DNA of 13,369 nucleotides, taken from positions 1 through 13,369 of the forward strand of contig JAZNAU010000046.1 of the NCBI GenBank assembly GCA_045586685.1, given 5' to 3'. The position numbers and the translations under genes were made by a program. Every line of letters begins with the position of its first letter. The stretch's first letter is position 1. Source of the DNA: Clostridia bacterium. GTDB lineage: Bacteria; Bacillota; Clostridia; HGM11514. The notes beneath the pieces are model-generated. The model was not told the DNA's origin and ran no database searches. It saw only the letters and a program-made list of their open reading frames with translations. Below, in pieces: positions 7,341-13,369 of the stretch.

Positions 7341-8957
7341 TTATTCTACGCAATCATTTAAGAAGGTCACAATCGGTGTGGGATCCTCTAAACTTTGGGG
7401 ATAATGCCCGCAATCAGGTTTTACAATCAATTTAAATTTACCGTTGTTTTCGTACATCTTAGAAAATTCCCCCCCATTTTCCGAAAAGGGAACAACTGTA
7501 TCAGCATCACCTGCCACTAAAATAACAGGAATGGCAGCATCTAACAATGACTGAACCTGATTCAGAGGATTTTTATCAAAGGAATCTGCCGATTCATCCG
7601 TCAAACCATAACATCGCTTGCATTCTTCCCAAAGCTCAGGAGTTCCTGTCTTTCGAGGCCAACTGTTGATATCCAAAACAGGCGCATCCAGATAAAGAGC
7701 TGTAACATATAAGAAGTATTTAGCGGCATAATTGACCGCATACAAACCTCCTCGGCTAAACCCAAACAAGATAGGTTTTGCGGATAATTTAAAATATCCC
7801 ATAACAAATCCGCGAAATTCTTCCATCAGGGTTACCGCTTTTGGATTGCCGTACATATCGCTCAGGCAATAATACGCCAGATGATACCCCTGCTTAAGCA
7901 TCTCCATGTCAACCGCATCAAAATCGCCTAAAAATTCCGTTCTCCAAATCCACATACCGTCTTCGCGTGGATTGTTGGGAACAATCAAGGTTCCTTCTCT
8001 TCCGTCTAAATAAAAATCAAGCTTTCGGTACCCTTTCCATTTTGATTCAGAAATTCTCTTTGCATTTTCACGTGCCATTTTAATAATTTGTTGACGATTG
8101 CTTTTTGTATAAGCATGTTCTACAGACAGTGCGTGAATATCTTTATTGGGATTCGTATGTCCTATTTCTTCTCTCCAAGCATTAGAAATTGTTTCATTAT
8201 CAAACCACAATAAATTAAAGAAATCTCCGGGGCCTGATTTTTGTACATAAAAAGGCATTCTGTTTAATGTAATATTGAACAGCTGTTTTATCATCGCTTT
8301 TGTCATAACCCAATGTCCGATATTATTGGGATGAATCCCGTCACCGGAACTATACGCCGGGTCACGTTCGTAGGTAGCAGTTAAAAAGCTTGTCATAGGA
8401 GTAAATAAATCTATGGTCTTCTTAACTCCTTCTTTTTCTCCTAATGTCATAACCCACTGTGCATAAGCCTTTATTGTATCGTTATAACATTTATATGGGT
8501 GCTGACATCCTGCAGCAGGTACAGGTTCATCAGAAAGCCGTATAGAAAAGCTATGAGCATCAAATGGCGTGGGCGTCATAACAATAACTTCCGCTCCGGT
8601 TTCGCGGATTTTGTTAATCGCTTTTAACATTCCGTTTTTGTATGCAGAAAAACGTTCGTTATCAAAAGCTGCATAAATGCCGTCGTTCAAACCGTAACAT
8701 AAAAATACAACATCAGGATTGATTGCTTTTAGTGTTCTGTCTAATCTTTCGTGTAAACAGGGACGAGGAAAAGGATGTCCGACTTCGCTTAATCCTGATA
8801 CGGTTTCTGAACTAAGACCTAAACGAATCACAGAGCCTTCGTAATTTGAAAAATAATATTGAATCAAATAGGTTTCAAAAAAGTCCACATACAAACCATT
8901 TTGAGTAATGCCGTCTCCTAAAAATAAAATTCTTTTATCTTTCCATTCTTTTAACAT
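7341..8957 (-). CDS. Two-domain esterase: N-terminal SGNH/GDSL hydrolase plus C-terminal alpha/beta hydrolase
   Basis: 538 aa. SGNH blocks: FLGDGIT (I), GLSSET (II), YGLNDG (III), DGIHPN (V). C-terminal domain with nucleophile elbow GFSRGG, GDADTVVP and GHYPQSL. AAGGAGG RBS 9 nt upstream; no signal peptide. Confidence 0.8.
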   Translation of the reverse strand: MLKEWKDKRILFLGDGITQNGLYVDFFETYLIQYYFSNYEGSVIRLGLSSETVSGLSEVGHPFPRPCLHERLDRTLKAINPDVVFLCYGLNDGIYAAFDNERFSAYKNGMLKAINKIRETGAEVIVMTPTPFDAHSFSIRLSDEPVPAAGCQHPYKCYNDTIKAYAQWVMTLGEKEGVKKTIDLFTPMTSFLTATYERDPAYSSGDGIHPNNIGHWVMTKAMIKQLFNITLNRMPFYVQKSGPGDFFNLLWFDNETISNAWREEIGHTNPNKDIHALSVEHAYTKSNRQQIIKMARENAKRISESKWKGYRKLDFYLDGREGTLIVPNNPREDGMWIWRTEFLGDFDAVDMEMLKQGYHLAYYCLSDMYGNPKAVTLMEEFRGFVMGYFKLSAKPILFGFSRGGLYAVNYAAKYFLYVTALYLDAPVLDINSWPRKTGTPELWEECKRCYGLTDESADSFDKNPLNQVQSLLDAAIPVILVAGDADTVVPFSENGGEFSKMYENNGKFKLIVKPDCGHYPQSLEDPTPIVTFLNDCVE

Positions 8958-8961
8958 TACA

Positions 8962-9768
8962 TCAATCCTCCTTTAATTTCAGTAATTCAACTGCATTTCG
9001 ATAGAGAATTCTTTCTCGTTCCTCTTCTGTTAAATCTAATTCCAAAAAACGTTCTAAGCAATATTGATGGGTTACAATAGGATAATCACTGGCATATAAA
9101 ATTTTGTCAGTACCATGTTCACGAATCATTCTGATGGCATCCTTATCAGGTAAAAAACCTAAGGAACTTGAGGTATCAAAATATAAATTTTTCCCTACCA
9201 GATATTCAGATGCTTCTTTCCATTTACTGTACCCTCCGAAATGTGCTGCAATAAAGGTTACATCAGGAAAATTATCCACTGCTCGCCTCATTCTTTTGGG
9301 GCTTGAAAAGTCAAAATTTTTATCACCTGTATGCATTAAAATAGGAAACCGTTTTCCTACAATATCATAAATTCGAAACATTTTATCACAGTCAATTTCA
9401 AATCGTTGAAAATCAGGGTGAAATTTTAATCCTTGTAATCCCAACTTTTCCATACGGTCCAATTCAGATTCAATCATTTCAAAATCGGGATGCAAGGTTC
9501 CAAAACCGATAAAATATCCTTTTTGTTCTTTTATTACTTCTCCCAGATAGGTATTGATTGTTTCCACCTGTTCAACCTTTGTAGCAGTGGAATGGACAAC
9601 CAATTTATGCATTCCCGCTTCCTTTGATAATTTTAGGAGATTATCAATTTCTGCCGTTCCGTGCATTTCCATACCGTAATAATTCCCCAACTGATTGACT
9701 ACTTTTGATGCAATTTTTTCAGGAAAAATATGATTATGAAAATCAATCACCTTGTCCGTCGTTGCCAT
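8962..9768 (-). CDS. Amidohydrolase family metal-dependent hydrolase (Amidohydro_2-like TIM barrel)
   Basis: IDFHNH metal motif, GLKFHPDFQ, MHTGD, AAHFGG, DTSS and YASDYP; ends 4 nt before the esterase start, implying an operon. Exact start uncertain. Confidence 0.85.
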   Translation of the reverse strand: MATTDKVIDFHNHIFPEKIASKVVNQLGNYYGMEMHGTAEIDNLLKLSKEAGMHKLVVHSTATKVEQVETINTYLGEVIKEQKGYFIGFGTLHPDFEMIESELDRMEKLGLQGLKFHPDFQRFEIDCDKMFRIYDIVGKRFPILMHTGDKNFDFSSPKRMRRAVDNFPDVTFIAAHFGGYSKWKEASEYLVGKNLYFDTSSSLGFLPDKDAIRMIREHGTDKILYASDYPIVTHQYCLERFLELDLTEEERERILYRNAVELLKLKED

Positions 9769-9790
9769 CTCCTCCCATTCTTTTTTTCTG

Positions 9791-9808
9791 TTTATATTGT
9801 AATATAAA
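9791..9808. promoter_or_regulatory. Perfect 8-2-8 palindrome, candidate operator
   Basis: TTTATATT-GT-AATATAAA immediately downstream of the predicted -10, covering the expected +1. Confidence 0.45.
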
Positions 9809-9812
9809 GTTT

Positions 9813-9841
9813 ATTGTATCACAACAAAAGAAAAAAGTCAA
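9813..9841 (-). promoter_or_regulatory. Sigma-A promoter (extended -10) for the amidohydrolase-esterase operon
   Basis: Minus strand TTGACT (9841-9836), 17 nt ending TGTGA, TACAAT (9818-9813); the -35 overlaps the TGA stop of the radical SAM gene. Confidence 0.7.
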
Positions 9842-11463
9842 ATTTTTCCGCTAATTTCATTACATTTCTCTGTTATATTTACCGCATTATCCTGATAAAA
9901 CAAATAATAAACTTCATGGGGCAGTTCAAATTTCGAAAGAAAAACACGCTTAATAATATCCTTATTTTTCATATTTGCCATATCTGACAAATAAGTATCT
10001 TTAAAGTCCTGTTCTTCTAACAGTTGAAACAATAGGGGTTGATAAGATTGTTGCTGTTTCGAAAAAATGGGCAACGGAGCCCCTTTTGTTTGTTTTGTCC
10101 AATCAAATCTTAACCACTCCAAAAACAGCTTGTCCTGCCCAAAATGATGAATATAAAAATCAAAGAATAATTCATACAACTTTTTTTGTGCAACCGCTCC
10201 CCTGTTATCAAATTCTTTGGAAAATAACTCATAAAAATCAAAGGGGGAAACAAATTTTGAAATCACATATTCTAAGCTTTTTTCAAAAACATGACTGTTA
10301 AAAAAGCGTTCCACCGTTTCAGCAATCATCTCTAAACGAAACACTTGTTTTTCAGTAATAAAATCATTGTCATAAATTTCATAAGGTGCAGACGACGAAT
10401 AACGATAATGAAATCGTTCTGATTCTCTTCTGATTTTTGATCCTTTTAACAGCTTTAAAAATCCAACCTGAATGCAATCGGAAGAGAGGGCATAAACATC
10501 ATTGAAGGATTGCTTGAATCTTTCATAGGTTTCATACGGCATGCCCACAATTAAATCGGTATGGACATGAATATTTCCGGGTAAAAGCACTCTGCGAATC
10601 CGATCAAATAAAAGAGAAAGATTTCCCTTTCGGTCCACCGCATCCAGTGTTTTTTCATGTGTGCTTTGAATTCCGATTTCAAATTGAAATTTTCCTTTTG
10701 GCACTGAAGAAAGGAAAACAAGCTCCTCCTCTTGTAACAACTCCCCTGCTAATTCAAAATGAAATTTTGTGTGTTTACATTCTTCAGCAGCAAATTTCCA
10801 GATTTCTAACGCACGTTTTCTGTCTGCATTAAATGTTCTGTCAACGAATTTTACCAAACCGACTTTGAAATCGTCAAACCGTTTTAACTCAGCACATACT
10901 GTTTTCACACCTTTAAAACGGACTCCTTTTTCTAGAGAAGAGAGACAATAACTGCAGGAATATGGGCATCCTCTTGCACTTTCATAATAAATCAGACGGT
11001 GCTTATTTTCCTCCAAATCCTGATCAGAATAACAAAAAGACAGCTTGTCCAACGGATTGACTGGTATCCCGTGAATCGTTTTACCTGACACTTTTCCTGA
11101 CAAATAATCAGGAACCGAAATTTCCCCTTCACCGCATATGACCACATCAGCAAAATCATATTCTTCCGGATCATAAGACACTTCCGGACCGCCTAAAAGA
11201 ATTTCACATTCAGGCTTCATTTGTTTTAAATCAACACATATTTTTTTAACCAATTCAATGTTCCACAAATAACAGGAAAAGGCATAAACATCGCTCTGAC
11301 AACACAAAACCGCTTTTATCAGTTCTCGAAAGGGTTCATTCACAGAACGTTCCAGATAGCTGACCTCTATTCCCCTTTCAAGGCAAGCGGTACCAATGGA
11401 ACGGATAGCAAGCGATGTATGACAATATTTTGCATTCAATGCAATTAGGGTTATCGACTTCAT
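9838..11463 (-). CDS. B12-binding domain radical SAM protein (probably with C-terminal DUF4080)
   Basis: N-terminal ALNAKY-H-SLA, FSCYLWN and GGPEVS cobalamin-binding-like domain; CxxxCxxC in RGCPYSCSYC; KFVDRTFN, FEIGIQS and QVGFLKLLKG. Start set at ATG 11463 (GGAGATG RBS; downstream of the predicted promoter), giving 541 aa. Confidence 0.85.
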   Translation of the reverse strand: MKSITLIALNAKYCHTSLAIRSIGTACLERGIEVSYLERSVNEPFRELIKAVLCCQSDVYAFSCYLWNIELVKKICVDLKQMKPECEILLGGPEVSYDPEEYDFADVVICGEGEISVPDYLSGKVSGKTIHGIPVNPLDKLSFCYSDQDLEENKHRLIYYESARGCPYSCSYCLSSLEKGVRFKGVKTVCAELKRFDDFKVGLVKFVDRTFNADRKRALEIWKFAAEECKHTKFHFELAGELLQEEELVFLSSVPKGKFQFEIGIQSTHEKTLDAVDRKGNLSLLFDRIRRVLLPGNIHVHTDLIVGMPYETYERFKQSFNDVYALSSDCIQVGFLKLLKGSKIRRESERFHYRYSSSAPYEIYDNDFITEKQVFRLEMIAETVERFFNSHVFEKSLEYVISKFVSPFDFYELFSKEFDNRGAVAQKKLYELFFDFYIHHFGQDKLFLEWLRFDWTKQTKGAPLPIFSKQQQSYQPLLFQLLEEQDFKDTYLSDMANMKNKDIIKRVFLSKFELPHEVYYLFYQDNAVNITEKCNEISGKI

Positions 11464-11494
11464 TTTCTCATCTCCGAGTATCTTTTGCATTTAT

Positions 11495-11524
11495 ATTATA
11501 TCATATATTACAGCTCAAAATCAA
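11495..11524 (-). promoter_or_regulatory. Sigma-A promoter (extended -10) for the radical SAM gene
   Basis: Minus strand TTGATT (11524-11519), 18 nt ending TATGA, TATAAT (11500-11495). Confidence 0.6.
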
Positions 11525-11747
11525 CCAAAACAATATCATTTCCTATTTTTTTTATTGAATCCCAAGGAATGATGATATCCTGAGTTTTTCCAAAAAAACC
11601 CGTTTTTCCTGTACCTGGTACAATTAAAGACTGAATTTTCCCTTCTTCCAAATCAAACCCAATATCACATACAAATCCCAATCGATTGCCGTTATCAATA
11701 TTGATGACTTCTTTTTGACGCATATCTGAAATTCTGATATTTTGCAC
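11508..11747 (-). CDS. YlmC/YmxH family sporulation protein (PRC-barrel)
   Basis: RISDMRQKEVINIDNGNRLG, GKIQSLIVP and IPWDSIKKIGNDIVLV are family motifs. The start codon is ambiguous (GTG 11747 versus ATC 11738; see findings). Confidence 0.9.
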   Translation of the reverse strand: MQNIRISDMRQKEVINIDNGNRLGFVCDIGFDLEEGKIQSLIVPGTGKTGFFGKTQDIIIPWDSIKKIGNDIVLVDFEL

Positions 11748-11753
11748 CTCCTG

Positions 11754-12254
11754 TCATCTGCACAATAAAATGCTCACAATCATCCCAACTATATCTGCCG
11801 CCAACGCCGCTATAATCGTATATCTGGCTTTTTTTATTCCGGCTGCAGCAAAATAGACACTGATTGCATAAAAAGTTGTTTCCGTGGAACCCATCATTAC
11901 TGCCGCTGTAAGGCCGATTTTCGAGTCAGGACCATAAGTTTTTAGCAAGTCCCCCACTATTGCCAATGCACCGCTTCCGGAAACAGGTCTCATTAACATC
12001 AACGGCAACACTTCTTTCGGAACATGGAAAAACGAGGTGATTGGAGATATGCTTTCCACAATGAAATCCATTAACCCCGACGCTCTCATCATACTGATTG
12101 CTGCTAACAATCCAATTAAAGCCGGGGCAATTTGGAATGTGGAAATAAGCCCATCCTTTGCCCCTTCTAAAAAACAGGAATACGTATCTTTTTTTTGAAT
12201 CAAGCCTATCAGTAAAATAACACCAATTAATAGAGGAAGAATATAGCTTGACAT
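11754..12254 (-). CDS. spmB: Spore maturation protein B
   Basis: 166 aa membrane protein; FLEGAKDG, RASG, LMRPVSGSG, YGPDS and MMGSTETTFY motifs; follows spmA. Confidence 0.92.
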   Translation of the reverse strand: MSSYILPLLIGVILLIGLIQKKDTYSCFLEGAKDGLISTFQIAPALIGLLAAISMMRASGLMDFIVESISPITSFFHVPKEVLPLMLMRPVSGSGALAIVGDLLKTYGPDSKIGLTAAVMMGSTETTFYAISVYFAAAGIKKARYTIIAALAADIVGMIVSILLCR

Positions 12255-12257
12255 CTG

Positions 12258-12836
12258 TTACCCACCCCTGTTTCTCATTATTTTAGCACACATCAAACCT
12301 GTAAGTAACGCCGCAATGCTGCTGATCCAGCACAAAGGAATCAAAGATGCAGGGGCCTTTGAGCCTAATCCGGCTCTCATTGCAATTACAGTTGACGGAA
12401 TCAACTGAATGGATGCAGTATTTAATACAACAAAAGTACACATATCATCTGTTGCAGTAGAATTGTCAGAAGAATATTGCTTCATGCTTTTAATTGCAGA
12501 AATTCCGAAAGGAGTAGCCGCATTTCCTAATCCAAATAAATTTGCAGTCATATTGGCACATATTTTATTCATTGCATCAGAACCATGAGGTATTCCCGGA
12601 AACAAACGCTTCGTCAAAGGAATCAGGCAACGTTCCAGAAATGTTAAAACTCCTCCCGCCTGTGCAATTTTTAATAATCCGCTCCAAAAACTTAAAATCC
12701 CTGCCATGGATAAAAGCAACGTAACTGCTTCTTCTGTACCGGAAAAACAACCCGCTACAGTTTCTTCCAAACTACCCGTACAAGCACCATACAGCAGTGA
12801 GCACAAAATCATTCCGCACCAAATAAAATTCAGCAC
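12258..12836 (-). CDS. spmA: Spore maturation protein A
   Basis: 192 aa membrane protein; MLNFIW, ANLFGLGNAATPFG and LNTASIQLIP motifs; GTG start 8 nt after AGGAGG. Confidence 0.92.
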   Translation of the reverse strand: MLNFIWCGMILCSLLYGACTGSLEETVAGCFSGTEEAVTLLLSMAGILSFWSGLLKIAQAGGVLTFLERCLIPLTKRLFPGIPHGSDAMNKICANMTANLFGLGNAATPFGISAIKSMKQYSSDNSTATDDMCTFVVLNTASIQLIPSTVIAMRAGLGSKAPASLIPLCWISSIAALLTGLMCAKIMRNRGG

Positions 12837-12860
12837 CCTTCTCCCCTCCTGTTCATTTTA

Positions 12861-12889
12861 CTTGTATGAACAAATCATTTTTCATATGC
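12861..12889 (-). promoter_or_regulatory. Putative sigma-E (mother cell) promoter for spmA-spmB-ylmC/ymxH
   Basis: Minus strand GCATATG (12889-12883), 14 nt, CATACAAG (12868-12861), close to the sigma-E consensus; spmAB is sigma-E-controlled in Bacillus subtilis. Confidence 0.75.
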
Positions 12890-12922
12890 AAAATTTCTTA
12901 AAATATTTTTAGAAAAAAATGA

Positions 12923-12951
12923 TTGACAAAATAAGAATAAAATGATAAACT
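12923..12951 (+). promoter_or_regulatory. Sigma-A promoter for abrB
   Basis: TTGACA (12923-12928), 17 nt with extended -10 TG, TAAACT (12946-12951); GAGGAGG RBS upstream of ATG 12984. Confidence 0.75.
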
Positions 12952-12983
12952 TTTATTATAAAGACAAATGAGGAGGAAAAGAA

Positions 12984-13223
12984 ATGAAATCTACAGGAAT
13001 AGTCAGAAAAGTAGATGAACTTGGTCGGATTGTGCTCCCTATTGAGTTGAGAAGAACCTTGGACATTGAGATTAAAGATGCTATAGAAATTTATGTTGAC
13101 GGAAATTCCATTATTCTTAAAAAATATGAACCCGCTTGTATTTTCTGTGGTAATGCAAATGATGTATTGACCTATAAGGGCAAAATTATTTGTCAGGATT
13201 GTTTGAATGAATTAAAAAAATAA
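12984..13223 (+). CDS. abrB: AbrB-family transition-state regulator
   Basis: MKSTGIVRKVDELGRIVLPIELRRTLDI is the AbrB N-terminal DNA-binding domain; C-terminal CIFC...CQDC as in clostridial AbrB homologues. Confidence 0.93.
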   Translation: MKSTGIVRKVDELGRIVLPIELRRTLDIEIKDAIEIYVDGNSIILKKYEPACIFCGNANDVLTYKGKIICQDCLNELKK

Positions 13224-13231
13224 TAGGAATC

Positions 13232-13260
13232 TGCATCTCAAAACGAGATGCAATTTTTTT
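13232..13260 (+). terminator. Intrinsic terminator of abrB
   Basis: TGCATCTC / GAGATGCA 8-bp stem, 5-nt loop, followed by A and T7. Confidence 0.85.
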
Positions 13261-13262
13261 AT

Positions 13263-13308
13263 AAAAAAACAGACACATCAACCGAAAAGGAAGATGTGTC
13301 TTGTTTTT
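13263..13308 (-). terminator. Intrinsic terminator of the incoming minus-strand gene
   Basis: AGACACATC (13271-13279) / GATGTGTCT (13293-13301) stem with an inner CC/GG pair; the A7 at 13263-13269 gives a U-tract on the minus strand. Confidence 0.75.
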
Positions 13309-13316
13309 ACAATTAC

Positions 13317-13369
13317 TTATTTATTCATCGCTTCTTCGATAGCAACAGAAACTGCAACAGTCATACCAA
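13317..13369 (-). CDS. 3' end (partial) of a minus-strand gene, probably GGGtGRT-family protein
   Basis: Not in the ORF track. Reads GMTVAVSVAIEEAMNK* (TAA 13319-13317) and is followed by a terminator. It resembles my recollection of the GGGtGRT C-terminus (..VGxTVAVAVAIEEA..); only 16 residues are visible. Confidence 0.5.
   Translation of the reverse strand, partial: GMTVAVSVAIEEAMNK

Noticed and set aside
4349-7807. Shadow ORFs 4349-4654, 4551-4784, 5508-5783, 6180-6593, 6385-6588, 6541-6867 and 7601-7807
   Set aside because: They lie wholly within ypeB, spoIIR, ispE or the esterase, with no independent evidence.
9743-9778. 11-codon minus-strand ORF MGGDGNDGQGD overlapping the amidohydrolase start (leader or RiPP precursor?)
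   Set aside because: It has no SD and is just the alternative-frame reading of the RBS and first codons; nothing links it to the radical SAM enzyme.
11464-11490. 9-aa extension of the radical SAM protein
   Set aside because: ATG 11490 lies only 4 nt from the predicted -10 and has no SD; ATG 11463 has one.
9104-12912. Shadow ORFs 9104-9370, 10086-10301, 10647-10832, 10769-10951, 10992-11174, 12542-12724 and 12706-12912
   Set aside because: They overlap conserved genes in other frames or strands and show no family features.
13137-13205. CxxC...CxxC motif in the AbrB C-terminus as a novelty
   Set aside because: It is a common feature of clostridial AbrB homologues.
13232-13308. Two adjacent hairpins as an ncRNA or MITE
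   Set aside because: They are fully explained as one terminator for each of two convergent genes.
1-13369. Mobile elements, CRISPR arrays, tRNA/rRNA, defence or toxin-antitoxin systems
   Set aside because: No transposase, integrase or periodic repeats seen; intergenic gaps are all under about 150 nt and are explained by promoters and terminators. AbrB is the transition-state type with its own terminator and no toxin partner.

Overview
AT-rich chromosomal segment from a spore-forming Firmicute, probably Clostridia. It is mostly core genome. Left to right: (1) the 3' end of a cupin-domain regulator followed by a spermidine/putrescine ABC importer in the non-canonical order potB-potC-potD-potA; (2) a bidirectional terminator; (3) a minus-strand spoIIR-ypeB sporulation/germination pair, divergent from ispE; (4) a minus-strand block with a small secreted stalk-domain protein, an SGNH + alpha/beta-hydrolase fusion, an amidohydrolase and a B12-binding radical SAM protein; (5) a sigma-E-type spmA-spmB-ylmC/ymxH operon, divergent from abrB; (6) two terminators and the 3' end of a probable GGGtGRT-family gene. 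I see no mobile element, CRISPR array, tRNA or rRNA, and no clear-cut novel system. The most interesting signals are small: a 24-bp strand-specific RNA hairpin that buries the ribosome-binding site of the stalk-protein gene 6 nt after the upstream stop codon; a Ser-to-Gly change at the SGNH nucleophile of the dual hydrolase; an apparent ATC start codon for ylmC/ymxH; a perfect palindrome over an amidohydrolase promoter; and a consensus Spo0A box between the spoIIR and ispE promoters. All family assignments come from motif recognition by eye; no searches were run.
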